Positions 1-10,822 of a DNA stretch of 64,000 nt are shown in pieces. Positions within the stretch are counted from its first letter, which is position 1; each line of letters begins with the position of its first letter. The position numbers and the translations under genes were made by a program. The notes below the pieces were generated by a model. That model did no database searches, was not told where the DNA came from, and worked only from the letters and a program-made list of their open reading frames with translations. This stretch comes from a bacterium. Its GTDB lineage: Bacteria > Patescibacteriota > Minisyncoccia > Phycocordibacterales > CAIZLB01. The DNA lies in the NCBI GenBank assembly GCA_043745355.1, contig JAYTSY010000011.1, positions 16,822 through 80,821 of the forward strand. The letters run 5' to 3'.

Positions 1-352
1 CCTTTTGCGATATTGATTCCTGCGGTGGACATGAGACCTGAAATAGTTTTGCTCTCGTCAGTGAACCAGCAAATCCTGTTTGGTTGATTCCATTATCTCT
101 TTGAAAATTCAAGACTGCTGTCCTCGTCAGATTTCCGTAATAACCTGTAGGAGAAACTGTTAAATATTTATTCAAAAATAAGTAAGTTTGTAATTTTGTC
201 ACTTCCCCATTGGTCCGAGCATCGCCATATTTGTAGCCTAAACTATTTGTCAGGGTGACACACTGAGTCTGTGGTATCGTCGCTGCGCTTACAGAAAAAA
301 ACGTTAACATAAACATACCTGCCATTACCCCACATATAAGTGTAAATTTCAT
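1..352 (-). CDS. Secreted protein with peptidoglycan-binding-like repeats; 5'-partial in the window (start codon at 350-352, runs off the left edge)
   Basis: Minus-strand translation from the ATG at 352 gives MKFTLICGVMAGMFMLTFFSVSAATIP (signal peptide), then GYYGNLTRTAVLNFQRDNGINQTG, which resembles the PG_binding_1 repeat. There is no stop before the window edge. Confidence 0.4.
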   Translation of the reverse strand, partial: MKFTLICGVMAGMFMLTFFSVSAATIPQTQCVTLTNSLGYKYGDARTNGEVTKLQTYLFLNKYLTVSPTGYYGNLTRTAVLNFQRDNGINQTGFAGSLTRAKLFQVSCPPQESISQK

Positions 353-408
353 ATCCAATATTATACAACTTTTTAGACTAAAAGCAGGCGTTGGAGTGGA
401 ATTTTATT

Positions 409-1656
409 TTAATAATTCTTCAATCGATTGATCTTCTCGTGCTGACGAATCTTTTCATGAGCCTTTGCTTCGATCTGTCGAATACGTTCACGAGTTACGC
501 CAAACATCTTGCCTACCTCTTCAAGGGTATGCTGAATACCGTCAGCGAGTCCATGTCGGAGCGCGAGAATTTCTCGTTCTTTTTCTGAGAGGTCATTGAG
601 GATTTCTCGAACCTGATCTGCGAGGATTCGCCTCGATGATTCCTGATCAGGAGAAAGAATTTTGTCATCTGAAATAAAGTCACCGTAGGTAGACTTGTCT
701 TCATCCTCGCCTACCGGGGTATCGAGCGATACAGTGTTTTGGTCAATCTTTTCAATAGTATAAATTTTCTCAACATCAAGTCCCATTTCAGTGGCAATTT
801 CTTCAGGCAATGGCTCACGGCCGAGATCTTGAAACAATCGCCGCACAACTTGCTTGTATTTTGCAATCGTTTCTACCATGTGCACAGGGACGCGGATAGT
901 TCGAGATTGGTCAGCAAGCGCACGAGTGATCGATTGTCTAATCCACCATGTCGCATATGTAGAGAATTTGAATCCTTTTGACCAATCGAATTTATCTACG
1001 GCTTTAAAGAGTCCCAGATTTCCTTCTTGAATGAGGTCGAGCAATGTAAGGTCAGGACTGCGGTTCGCATATTTTTTGGCGATGGACACGACGAGTCGCA
1101 AGTTTGCTTTTGCAAGTAAATTCTTGGCCTCATCATCCCCTACCTCAATACGCTTAGCCAACTCTTTTTCTTCGTGTGCACCGATAAGTGGGTACTGACC
1201 AATCTCTTTGAGATACATCTGAATTGAGTCATAGCTTGAGTCGCTTCGATGACCCTGCGCATATTTCTTGAGCATTTCTTCTTCATCATTTTTTACATCG
1301 AGGAGTCCTCCCCCTTCGAGCACATCAACGCCTGAAACAGAAAGCTTTTCGTAAAGAGTTTCGAGGAAAAGAACATCGTTTTCAATGTTTGGGAATTCCT
1401 TCAAAATTTCATCATAGGTGATGAATCCACGCTCCTTTCCCTTTTTGAGGAGCACATCTGCCTTGGCTTCGAGGTTTACCCCGCCTTTTTTTGCCGGCTT
1501 CTGTGGTTTCTTTCCACTCGCTATTACCTTAGTCACAACTTTTTTTGTAGGCTTTGCTTTTTTCGGAGAAAGTTTTGATGAAGACTTCGATTTAACAGCA
1601 GTCTTTTTTACAAATTTCTTCACTTTCTTTTCATTTTTCTTTGATGTTTTTTTCAC
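409..1656 (-). CDS. rpoD: RNA polymerase sigma-70 factor RpoD with an unusual lysine-rich N-terminal tail
   Basis: Region 2 signature [40 protein letters not shown]; region 4 [24 protein letters not shown]. The N-terminal ~60 aa are KKxxKK-rich. Confidence 0.9.
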   Translation of the reverse strand: MKKTSKKNEKKVKKFVKKTAVKSKSSSKLSPKKAKPTKKVVTKVIASGKKPQKPAKKGGVNLEAKADVLLKKGKERGFITYDEILKEFPNIENDVLFLETLYEKLSVSGVDVLEGGGLLDVKNDEEEMLKKYAQGHRSDSSYDSIQMYLKEIGQYPLIGAHEEKELAKRIEVGDDEAKNLLAKANLRLVVSIAKKYANRSPDLTLLDLIQEGNLGLFKAVDKFDWSKGFKFSTYATWWIRQSITRALADQSRTIRVPVHMVETIAKYKQVVRRLFQDLGREPLPEEIATEMGLDVEKIYTIEKIDQNTVSLDTPVGEDEDKSTYGDFISDDKILSPDQESSRRILADQVREILNDLSEKEREILALRHGLADGIQHTLEEVGKMFGVTRERIRQIEAKAHEKIRQHEKINRLKNY

Positions 1657-1725
1657 AGGCGGTTTTAAATTAATTCTTAATTATGTATGATTTTTTATTT
1701 AAACATTTATCGATTTCTCTTTCTC

Positions 1726-3435
1726 TCATTTTTTACTTTTCTTTATATTTAATTCAGAGATCTTTCTTGAGAGCTCCTGACATGTCTTGAATAATTCTGT
1801 AGCATGTTCTTTCTCCCCTTTTCGTTCGGCGATACTGAGTTCTGTCATCGAGGTCGAGTAACTGGATTTGAGAAGTCTTTCTTCGAGTTCAAAGAATAGC
1901 TCGTCAATATCTTTATCAATATGTTTGCTATCGGAGTAAATCATCTCAGCCTCAAAAGCCAAGGCGTCATTGTTGGCTTCAACTGACACATGACTTGTGC
2001 CTGTGACGTCTTGGATGCGAGCATGGATCGAATCTGAAAGATCAGATTTCCATGCGGCAATACCCACGAGTCGTTCAATGACTCCTTGGCTATTCAATTT
2101 GTCTCCAGGAACTATGGCGCGCGCAGGCAGAGAATTTTCCGCGGGGAGTGCCTCGCGACCCTCGCCTACTGCTTTTGTTTTATGTAATTGTTCCCGAAGT
2201 GATTCCTCTGGAATACCTGTTTGTAAACTGATTGTCGCTAAAAAATGCGATTTTTGTATAGCGCTCTCAAGTGCGGCAACAAATGGTAATATTTCCATCT
2301 CTACTGCTTGCCACAGTTTCCTGTCGGCAAGTCCCTGCTTCATGAGCCAGTCGAACTGGTACTCAATAATATGTTTTGAATGCTTTAAAGCTTCTTTAAA
2401 TTTCTCCTTATCAACGAGGATAAGTGACGCCGGATCTTCGCCCTTGGGCAATGCGGCTATTTTTACATCCATACCAATAGAGAGGGCGGCCGTCCACGCA
2501 CGTAGCGTTGCTTTGAGGCCTGCCGAGTCTGCATCGTATACGATCATTAAATTATCCGATAATTTCTTTAATTTTGCAAGGTGCGCAAGTGTGAGTGAAG
2601 TTCCAGATGTAGCCACGGCGTTCGTGAAGCCCGCTTGGTGGCACATGAGCAAATCCATTTGACCCTCGACGAGTATTGCATATTTCCATTGCCTGATGCC
2701 CTCCTTGGCCTTGTGATAGCCATACAGGACATCAGATTTGTTAAATAAGGGCGTATCCGGGCTATTGAGGTACTTTGGACCTTCAGTGTCAGGAACGCCA
2801 AATAATCGGCCTGAGTAGCCGATTACTCTACTAGACGCATCAAAGAGGGGGAATATTACACGACTGCGAAATCGGTCATATACCCCATCCCCTTTCTCGG
2901 ACTTTTTGATGAGTCCAACAGTTTCCATATCTGCGTCTGTCACGCTCTTCAGGGAATCATGGAGCCTCCGCCATTCATTCGGTGCAAAACCGATCCGCCA
3001 GTCTTTTATGGTTTCCGCGGTGAGTCCTCTCCCGGTTAAATATTCATATTCCTTTGAACCTTTGTTTAATTGATCTTGAAAATAATTAGTAGCGCGGTCG
3101 AGAATTGATCGCAATCTTTCCATTTCAGTATTTGCCGCACTGTCAGATTTGTACTGTGTCAATTCAACACCGGCTTTATCCGCAAGCATCTTAAGTGCAC
3201 CTATGAAATCAACCTTCTCGAATTCTTGAACGAATGTGAAAATGTCACCTTTGGCACCACAGCCGAAACAGTAATACGAATTACGCCCCGGGGATATCAT
3301 AAATGACGGAGTCTTTTCGTGATGAAACGGACATTTTGCTTTGTAATTTGCGCCAGCCTTTTCCAATTTTATGTACGAACCTACCACATCAGCGATGCTC
3401 AGTCTGTCTTTAATTAGTTCGGATGAGGATGACAT
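1726..3435 (-). CDS. dnaG: DNA primase DnaG
   Basis: CHC2 zinc finger CPFHHEKTPSFMISPGRNSYYCFGCGAKGD; Toprim region EGQMDLL...VYDADSAG. Confidence 0.9.
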   Translation of the reverse strand: MSSSSELIKDRLSIADVVGSYIKLEKAGANYKAKCPFHHEKTPSFMISPGRNSYYCFGCGAKGDIFTFVQEFEKVDFIGALKMLADKAGVELTQYKSDSAANTEMERLRSILDRATNYFQDQLNKGSKEYEYLTGRGLTAETIKDWRIGFAPNEWRRLHDSLKSVTDADMETVGLIKKSEKGDGVYDRFRSRVIFPLFDASSRVIGYSGRLFGVPDTEGPKYLNSPDTPLFNKSDVLYGYHKAKEGIRQWKYAILVEGQMDLLMCHQAGFTNAVATSGTSLTLAHLAKLKKLSDNLMIVYDADSAGLKATLRAWTAALSIGMDVKIAALPKGEDPASLILVDKEKFKEALKHSKHIIEYQFDWLMKQGLADRKLWQAVEMEILPFVAALESAIQKSHFLATISLQTGIPEESLREQLHKTKAVGEGREALPAENSLPARAIVPGDKLNSQGVIERLVGIAAWKSDLSDSIHARIQDVTGTSHVSVEANNDALAFEAEMIYSDSKHIDKDIDELFFELEERLLKSSYSTSMTELSIAERKGEKEHATELFKTCQELSRKISELNIKKSKK

Positions 3436-3517
3436 TATTTAAATGAGAATTACGATATCAGGAGTGAGGACAAACCGTTTGCCCTCACATCCTCGTATAA
3501 TAATTTAAACGAACAAA

Positions 3518-6500
3518 CTATATCTCCTGTCCACCACGTCTACTCATCTCACCCTGCAACTGTTCAATCATCTTCTGTTTTTCAGAGCCTTTGAATCCAG
3601 TTCCCGCAGGAATCAACCGTCCGATAATGACGTTTTCCATAATACCGTACAATGGGTCTTTGTTGGCCTTCAAAGATGCGCTAATGAGCATTCGGTTTGT
3701 GTGCTGGAAAGACGCAGCTGAAAGGAAACTCCGACGGTTCAGTGATGCTTCAGCGATACCCATAACTACAGGCACTGCTTTTGCTTCGAGACCACCAGCA
3801 TCCTTGGCATCACCATTAATTTCGTCAAAAAGGAATTTCTCCACAACTTCGCCGATTGAAAATGGTGTATCTCCTACTTCCTTGATCTTGACGCGTGAGA
3901 ACATTTCTCGTACCACAACTTCAATGTGTTTTCGTGATACGTTTTCTCCTTGCAATTCGTAGAGTTTCTTAACTTCAGAAATAATATATTCCTGAGCTCG
4001 CTCCTTGCCCGCGTATTCGAAGAGTTCATCAACATCGAGTGATCCGTCCGTGAGGGCATCGCCCTTTGTGACATGATCGCCGATTTTCACCAGTGGAATA
4101 CGAGCATAGTGCACAGTGTATTCGAGTTCGCTTCCCTTCTTGGCCGTCGTCTTGTGAGGCACATCTGGGAGAAGTTTGATGACTCGTTCCTTACCCACTT
4201 CTTTTACATCAGTAATCATGCCGTCAACACTCGCGATGGCACCTGGATTTTTCGGTCGTCTGTTGTCAAATACTTCTTCTACTCGAGGAAGTCCTTGAGT
4301 GATGTCACCTCCTACGGTTGCTACTCCTCCGGCATGGAAGGTACGCATAGTGAGCTGTGTACCCGGTTCACCGATCGCCTGTGCGGCAACGGTGCCTACT
4401 GCTTCGCCGACTTCGATCATCTTGTTCTTGCCGAGGTCATTACCATAGCAATGGGCGCAAATACCTTGTGGCGTGCGGCAAGTAAGAGGTGATCGTACGG
4501 TTACTTCATTGATGCCTTCTTTTTCGATGACAAATGCATTGTCTTTTGAAATCATGTGATTTCGCTTGAACATCACTTCTCCCGCTTTGTTCATGACATC
4601 CTTGGCGAGGATTCGTCCTGAAGCGCTCTTTACGAGTGATGTCTCAATTCCAGATGCACCTATCTTTGAAACGATTACGCCTTCCTTTGTTCCGCAATCT
4701 TCTTCGGTGACCATAACGCTCTGCGCTACTACGAAGAGTCGTCGTGTGAGGTATCCGGCACGCGCTGTGTTAAGAGCGGTGTCAGTCATACCCTTACGAG
4801 CACCGTGAGTCGAAATGAAGTACTCAATAGGAGTGAATCCTTCCTTGAAAGATGAGACGATAGGAAGTTCAATTGTCTCTCCTTGAGCGTTCGCAATGAG
4901 ACCTTTCATACCTACCATCTGTGTGAGGTTACCGAGTGATCCTCGGGCACCTGACATCACCATGTCGTATACTGAGCCATTCTTGTCAAGTGTATCAGGG
5001 ATGAGTTTTTCAATTTCAGATTTAGCGTTCTGCCAAATTTCGATAATTTTTCGAGTTTTTTCTTCAGATGAGAGGAGTCCTTCATCATACTGCTCGCTCA
5101 CTGTGAGCGCTTTTTTCTCAGCAGCTTCGACGACTTTGCCCTTTCCTTCTGGGATAACAACGTCATCAATTCCCCACGTCGTACCTGAAATTGTTGCATA
5201 ATAGAATCCGAACTTTTTGAGATCGTCGATCAATTGCGGAACATTTTCAATACCTCGGTGAGTGATGATGTCATCCACAATAGTACTCATCACAGACTTG
5301 GTGACTTCCTTGTTGATAAATGGGTAATCGAGTGGGAGCGCATTGTTGAAGAGGATGCGTCCAACTGTTGTTTCAAACACACCTCCGTCAAATGCTTTGT
5401 ATTTGGTAGTTTCAGGTGCCATCACTTTGATAGTCGCACGATATGAGATGACATCATAATTTTTAGCAGCGATCGCATCTTCAGGGCATGCGAATATTTT
5501 ACCTTCGCCTTTGTCGCCAGAAACTACTTTTGTCATCCAGAATGCACCGAGTACAATGTCGAGCATTTTGTTCGTAACTGTAGGCTCACCTGTTCCTGGC
5601 TTCAAGATGTTCTTGTCAGCAGCCATGATTTCAGCCGCCTCTTTCTGAGCTTCTTCTGAAAGTGGCACGTGGATTGCCATTGTATCTCCGTCGAAGTCAG
5701 CGTTGAACGGTGAACATACGAGTGGATGCACTTGGATAGCATTTCCTTCGATGAGGATAGGCTTGAATGCCTGGATTGAGAGACGGTGGAGGGTCGGAGC
5801 ACGGTTCAGGAGCACATATTTGTGTTCAATAACCTGTTCGAGGATTGCCCACACTTCTGGAATACCGTCGTCAATAAGACGGGATGCGCCACGGATGTTG
5901 AATGCGAGTTCTCGTTTCAAGAGTTCTGAAATGACGAATGGTCGGAAGAGTTCCAATGCCATGTGCTTTGGCACACCACACTGATTCAATTTAAGATCAG
6001 GACCTACGATGATCACAGATCGTCCAGAATAGTCTACTCGCTTTCCGAGGAGGTTCTGTCGGAAGAGTCCACGCTTACCTTTCAGTCCATCAGCAAGTGA
6101 CTTGAGTGGACGACGTTGTGCGGCATTGAGGCCTGCAAAAACCGTTCCACCGTGTCGGATTGAGTTGTCGATAAGAGCGTCAACGGCTTCCTGCAAGATT
6201 CGCTTTTCATTTCGAAGGATCACATCTGGTGCATGAATTTCCTTGAGCTTCTTCAAACGATTATTTCGGTTGATAACACGTCGGTAAAGGTCGTTCACGT
6301 CAGATGTTGCATGTCGTCCACCATCGAGTGCAACCATAGGTCGGAGCGCTGCTGGGATAACGGGAAGAGCAGTAATGAACATCCATTCAGGTCGAATGTT
6401 TGCTCGTACCATAGACTTCACAAGACTGATTCGCTTGTAAAGTTTTTCTCGTTCTGCAGCACCAGCCTTGAGAAGATCTGCTTCGAGAGTTTCGAGCAAT

Positions 6501-7216
6501 TTCTTTGTGTCGAGATTTTTGAAAATATTGAATACCGCCTCTGCCCCGATACCTGCTTCGAAGCATGTACCGTATTTGAGTGAGAATTTGTGGTACTGCA
6601 CTTCATCGAGCACTTTTCCAACTTGGATCATTTCGATGTCATGCTTTGTTGAAAGCAACAAATCACTCATTGCTTCTTTTGTCTTTTCGTCCTGAAGTGA
6701 TTTGACCTTGCTCTTGTATTCCCCATCGAGTTCTTTGAGGAGATTTGCCTTTTCAACTTCATTTACTTTTGTAATGAGGTATCCAGCAAAGTACACTACT
6801 TTTTCGATTTCACCTGCGTTCATGCCGAGTATATGTGCAACTCGTGAAGGCATAGTTCGAAGGTACCAAATATGTGCCACTGGAACAGAGAGTTCAATAT
6901 GGCCCATTCGTTCACGTCGTACGATTGATCGTGTGAGTTCTACTCCACACTTTTCACAGACGATGCCCTTGTATCTAATTCCCTTGTACTTTCCGCAATA
7001 ACATTCATAGTCTTTTTCTGGGCCGAAGATTTTCTCATCAAACAGTCCATTCTTTTCAGAACGCTGGGTTCGATAGTTCATTGTTTCCGGCTTTGTAACT
7101 TCACCGTAAGACCATTCTCGAATACGCTCAGGAGATGCGAGCTTCAATACTACTGCATCGAAGTCATCAACTGATGGCTGGCGAGCGTCCTTTGGCATTG
7201 CATTTTTGTAGTTCAT
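3518..7216 (-). CDS. rpoC: DNA-directed RNA polymerase beta' subunit
   Basis: 1232 aa; NADFDGD catalytic motif; zinc-binding CYCGKYKG...CEKCGVE N-terminus. Confidence 0.95.
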   Translation of the reverse strand: MNYKNAMPKDARQPSVDDFDAVVLKLASPERIREWSYGEVTKPETMNYRTQRSEKNGLFDEKIFGPEKDYECYCGKYKGIRYKGIVCEKCGVELTRSIVRRERMGHIELSVPVAHIWYLRTMPSRVAHILGMNAGEIEKVVYFAGYLITKVNEVEKANLLKELDGEYKSKVKSLQDEKTKEAMSDLLLSTKHDIEMIQVGKVLDEVQYHKFSLKYGTCFEAGIGAEAVFNIFKNLDTKKLLETLEADLLKAGAAEREKLYKRISLVKSMVRANIRPEWMFITALPVIPAALRPMVALDGGRHATSDVNDLYRRVINRNNRLKKLKEIHAPDVILRNEKRILQEAVDALIDNSIRHGGTVFAGLNAAQRRPLKSLADGLKGKRGLFRQNLLGKRVDYSGRSVIIVGPDLKLNQCGVPKHMALELFRPFVISELLKRELAFNIRGASRLIDDGIPEVWAILEQVIEHKYVLLNRAPTLHRLSIQAFKPILIEGNAIQVHPLVCSPFNADFDGDTMAIHVPLSEEAQKEAAEIMAADKNILKPGTGEPTVTNKMLDIVLGAFWMTKVVSGDKGEGKIFACPEDAIAAKNYDVISYRATIKVMAPETTKYKAFDGGVFETTVGRILFNNALPLDYPFINKEVTKSVMSTIVDDIITHRGIENVPQLIDDLKKFGFYYATISGTTWGIDDVVIPEGKGKVVEAAEKKALTVSEQYDEGLLSSEEKTRKIIEIWQNAKSEIEKLIPDTLDKNGSVYDMVMSGARGSLGNLTQMVGMKGLIANAQGETIELPIVSSFKEGFTPIEYFISTHGARKGMTDTALNTARAGYLTRRLFVVAQSVMVTEEDCGTKEGVIVSKIGASGIETSLVKSASGRILAKDVMNKAGEVMFKRNHMISKDNAFVIEKEGINEVTVRSPLTCRTPQGICAHCYGNDLGKNKMIEVGEAVGTVAAQAIGEPGTQLTMRTFHAGGVATVGGDITQGLPRVEEVFDNRRPKNPGAIASVDGMITDVKEVGKERVIKLLPDVPHKTTAKKGSELEYTVHYARIPLVKIGDHVTKGDALTDGSLDVDELFEYAGKERAQEYIISEVKKLYELQGENVSRKHIEVVVREMFSRVKIKEVGDTPFSIGEVVEKFLFDEINGDAKDAGGLEAKAVPVVMGIAEASLNRRSFLSAASFQHTNRMLISASLKANKDPLYGIMENVIIGRLIPAGTGFKGSEKQKMIEQLQGEMSRRGGQEI

Positions 7217-7234
7217 ATGTTTGTATATTGCGGA

Positions 7235-10200
7235 TTATTTGTTTGTATCTGAAGTAGATACTGCATCGTCGACCAATGATGCGTCTTTTGCGAGTTCAAC
7301 GTCGATGCCGAGTCCTCGAAGGTTCGACAAGAGTACGTTGAATGACGCCGGTGAATTTGGCTCCAGCAAGGCTTGACCTTTAACAATCGCGTCGAAAGCC
7401 TGTGATCGTCCCTGAATATCGTCAGACTTGATCGTAAGCATTTCTCGCAGTGCGTGCGCTGCGCCATATCCAGCGAGTGCCCACACTTCCATTTCTCCGA
7501 ATCGCTGACCTCCTCCTTGCGCCTTTCCTCCTAGAGGTTGCTGCGTGATGAGTGAGTAGGGCCCGATTGATCGCATGTGAATCTTGTCTTCAACCATGTG
7601 GTGAAGTTTCAACATATACATGTATCCAACGGCAACATCTTGTGCAAATTTTTCACCCGTGCGTCCATCAAACAATGTCATCTTTCCATTTGAATTGAAT
7701 CCAGCCTTTACCAATTCTTCTTTAACTTCTTCTGCAGACGCTCCTGTAAATGGTGGAACGATTGCCTGATAGTTCAATTTTTCTGCTGCGAGTCCGAGGT
7801 GAAGTTCGAGGATTTGTCCGAGGTTCATACGTGATGGTACGCCGAGTGGTGTGAGGATCATATCCACTGGAGTTCCATCTGCTCGGAATGGCATATCTTC
7901 TACAGGAAGTACTCGTGAGATAACACCCTTGTTTCCGTGACGTCCAGCGAGTTTGTCACCCACTGACAATTTTCGAAGGAGCGCAACCTCAACGTGAATT
8001 CGCTTGATGATTCCTGATTCAAGTTTGTCACCCTTTTCTCGTGAGAATACTTTGACCCCGATAATTCGTCCGCGCTTTCCGTTTTCCAATCGCTTCGATG
8101 TGTCTTTTACGTCTCGTGATTTCTCACCGAAGATTGACCTGAGGAGTCGTTCTTCTGGAGTGAGCTGTGTTTCTGATTTTGGAGTAATTTTTCCGACGAT
8201 GATATCGCCTGGGCGCACTTCAGCTCCCACACGTACGATACCGTCAACATCGAGATTCTTGAGGCGGTTTTCACCAACGTTTGGAATATCGTGTGTTGTT
8301 ACTTCGGGACCGAGCTTGGTATCTCGTACATTTATAACAAATTCTTCAATGTGAATAGATGTAAACTTTGATTCTTTTACAAGTCTCTCTGACACGATGA
8401 TGGCATCTTCATAGTTGGCGCCGCTCCATGCCATAAAGGCAACGAGCACGTTCTGGCCGAGGGCCATTTGTCCACCTTCTGATGTAGAGGTGTCCGCGAG
8501 CACGTCACCACGCTTAACTTTCTGATTGAGTTCAACGGTTGGTCGCTGGTGGAAAGCAGTAAACTGGTTTGTTCGGTTAAATGACACGAGTCGATATTCG
8601 TGGTCTTTCTTTGTGCCCTTTACGATTACTTTGCTTGCATCAACATATGACACCACACCGTCTTCGGGAGCTACGATAACACGTCCAGTGTCGAGCGCTG
8701 CTTTGTCTTCAATACCTGTAGCAACGAGAGGAGCTTCGGGGATGATACAAGGAGTAGCTTGTTTCTGCATGTTGGAACCCATGAGTGCACGGTTCGCATC
8801 ATCGTGGTTTAGGAATGGGATCATAGAAGTAGACACTGAAAATGCTTGCTCAGTTGCAACGTCGATATAGTCCACATCTTCACGCTTGATCATGATCGGC
8901 TTTCCTTTCATTCGCACTTCAAGAATTTCTTCAGTGATCTTGCCTTCTTTGTCATAGGCAGTGGCCGCGTGAGCAATCTTGTGACCTTCTTCTTCGAGGG
9001 CATTCAAATATTCAACTTCTTTTGTGATCTTTCCGTTCTTCACTTTTACGTACGGTGTCTCAATCATACCGAAATGGTTGATACGAGCGTATGTCGCAAG
9101 TTGAAGTACGAGACCGATGTTCTGACCTTCAGGTGTGTGAATCGGGCAAATACGTCCGTAGTGAGATGGGTGCACGTCTCGGACTTCGATACCAGCTCGT
9201 TCTCGTGTGAGACCGCCGGGACCAAGTGCAGAAATACGGCGCAAGTGCTCGAGTTCAGCAAGGATGTTTTCCTGACTCATGAACTGTGACAACTGGTTTG
9301 TAGTAAAGAATTCTTTGACACGAGCCTGAAGTGGTCGAGGAATAATAAATTGTACAGGGAGAGTCGCATCAGTATCAATCGTCGACATTCGGTTCTGAAT
9401 GTTTCGACGGATCTGTGTCATACCGACACGCACTTTTTGCTGGAGAAGTTCACCGACGAATCGCACGCGTCGTGAACCCATGTGGTCAATATCATCTTTT
9501 TCTGCAGCTGGGTTGTGGTTGAGTTCGATGAGGTGAGAAATTGTTATGACGAGGTCCTCAATAGAAAGAGTCATTTTTTTCAAATCCTTTTCTTCCATAC
9601 CCTTTTCGAAGCGCTGGTTGAATCGGAAACGTCCTACAGGAGAGAGATCATATCGATCACTGCTCATGAGACCATCTACGAATTCCTTTGCGTTCTCAGC
9701 TGTTGCGAGATCGCCGTCTCGAAGTCGTTTGTGGATTTCAATATATGCATCTTCTGTTGTCTTTGCGTGATCCTTTGCGAGAGTTGTATCAATATATGAC
9801 TTTGCAAATTCACTTTTCTTGAAAAGTGCTTGAATTTCGGAATCTGTGGTTGCTCCGAATACTCGTAGAAGTGAAGAAACTGGAAACTTTCGCTTTCGGT
9901 CAATACGTACATATATCGCACCGTCTGCATCGGATTCGATTTCGATCCACGCACCTCGTGCTGGGATGATCTTTGCGCCGAAATAGTTCTTGCCTTTTGT
10001 TTCTTGAGATGTGAAAAATACCCCGAACGAACGAGCGAGCTGGGGTACGATGAGTCGTTCAATACCGTTGATGATGAATGTTCCGTGATCGGTCATCAAT
10101 GGGAAATCCGCCATAAAAATCTCCTGTTCTTTTACAGAACCGAGGATCTTATTCTTTAAACGCACCATGACTTTGAGGGTTGCCTCATAGTTCATCTTAT

Positions 10201-10429
10201 TCTCCTTGGCAAAGAATTCGTCGTGCTTTGGTTTATCGAGATGAAAACCAGTGAAGTCGAGTTCGAACTTCTTGTCAGAATAATCCTTGATAGATGAGAA
10301 TTCACCGAACACTTCCTTGAGGCCCTTTTCGAGGAGCCATTGGAAGGAAACCAACTGTGCCTCAACGAGGTTTGGAAGCGGCGCGAGCGGCTCCTTGAAT
10401 CGTGAGAAGTACTTTTTCTGGCGGATCAT
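7235..10429 (-). CDS. rpoB: DNA-directed RNA polymerase beta subunit
   Basis: 1064 aa; conserved RpoB blocks (GPGGLTRERAGIEVRDVHPSHYGRICPIHTPEGQNIGLV; GEMEVWAL). Confidence 0.95.
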   Translation of the reverse strand: MIRQKKYFSRFKEPLAPLPNLVEAQLVSFQWLLEKGLKEVFGEFSSIKDYSDKKFELDFTGFHLDKPKHDEFFAKENKMNYEATLKVMVRLKNKILGSVKEQEIFMADFPLMTDHGTFIINGIERLIVPQLARSFGVFFTSQETKGKNYFGAKIIPARGAWIEIESDADGAIYVRIDRKRKFPVSSLLRVFGATTDSEIQALFKKSEFAKSYIDTTLAKDHAKTTEDAYIEIHKRLRDGDLATAENAKEFVDGLMSSDRYDLSPVGRFRFNQRFEKGMEEKDLKKMTLSIEDLVITISHLIELNHNPAAEKDDIDHMGSRRVRFVGELLQQKVRVGMTQIRRNIQNRMSTIDTDATLPVQFIIPRPLQARVKEFFTTNQLSQFMSQENILAELEHLRRISALGPGGLTRERAGIEVRDVHPSHYGRICPIHTPEGQNIGLVLQLATYARINHFGMIETPYVKVKNGKITKEVEYLNALEEEGHKIAHAATAYDKEGKITEEILEVRMKGKPIMIKREDVDYIDVATEQAFSVSTSMIPFLNHDDANRALMGSNMQKQATPCIIPEAPLVATGIEDKAALDTGRVIVAPEDGVVSYVDASKVIVKGTKKDHEYRLVSFNRTNQFTAFHQRPTVELNQKVKRGDVLADTSTSEGGQMALGQNVLVAFMAWSGANYEDAIIVSERLVKESKFTSIHIEEFVINVRDTKLGPEVTTHDIPNVGENRLKNLDVDGIVRVGAEVRPGDIIVGKITPKSETQLTPEERLLRSIFGEKSRDVKDTSKRLENGKRGRIIGVKVFSREKGDKLESGIIKRIHVEVALLRKLSVGDKLAGRHGNKGVISRVLPVEDMPFRADGTPVDMILTPLGVPSRMNLGQILELHLGLAAEKLNYQAIVPPFTGASAEEVKEELVKAGFNSNGKMTLFDGRTGEKFAQDVAVGYMYMLKLHHMVEDKIHMRSIGPYSLITQQPLGGKAQGGGQRFGEMEVWALAGYGAAHALREMLTIKSDDIQGRSQAFDAIVKGQALLEPNSPASFNVLLSNLRGLGIDVELAKDASLVDDAVSTSDTNK

Positions 10430-10708
10430 ATATTTTTTCGTGCGTAAAAAATACCGACTTAATAATATGATTAGTGCATAAATTATTTTATTGCTCTAAA
10501 ACGCTAGAGCGTCTTAAAACAACAATCTCGACAGCCGCTGCATGCACTTCAAAATTCTATAGTGGAATACTGAAGTGCCTGCACAGACAGCAAAAAACAG
10601 CCGAGTAGCTGCTTTTTGTTGTGAGTTTATATATGCATTAACCGGTTTTGTGAGGAAACGTTTCCGCGAAGAGTCGGCAAAAACTCAATCGTCTTACGCA
10701 GGAACCTC

Positions 10709-10737
10709 ACTATATTCGATTTATCCACAGCTGTCAA
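10709..10737 (-). promoter_or_regulatory. Candidate sigma-70 promoter (TTGACA-17-TATAGT on minus strand) giving a ~270-nt leader for rpoB
   Basis: Minus strand reads TTGACAgctgtggataaatcgaaTATAGT; spacing is 17 bp and it is oriented toward rpoB. Confidence 0.35.
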
Positions 10738-10822
10738 CTGATTTTCATTGACAATTAATGTAGATTCCCGCTCGGCCTAAAGGACATATCCCCAGGCGGC
10801 TTTGACTTTTATGAAAATCACC

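Noticed and set aside
3591-10062. Numerous 60-150-aa ORFs antisense to or out of frame within rpoC, rpoB, dnaE, gyrB, smc and others in the ORF track
   Set aside because: They are embedded in long, strongly supported CDSs, have low-complexity or biased composition and no motifs. They are treated as spurious.
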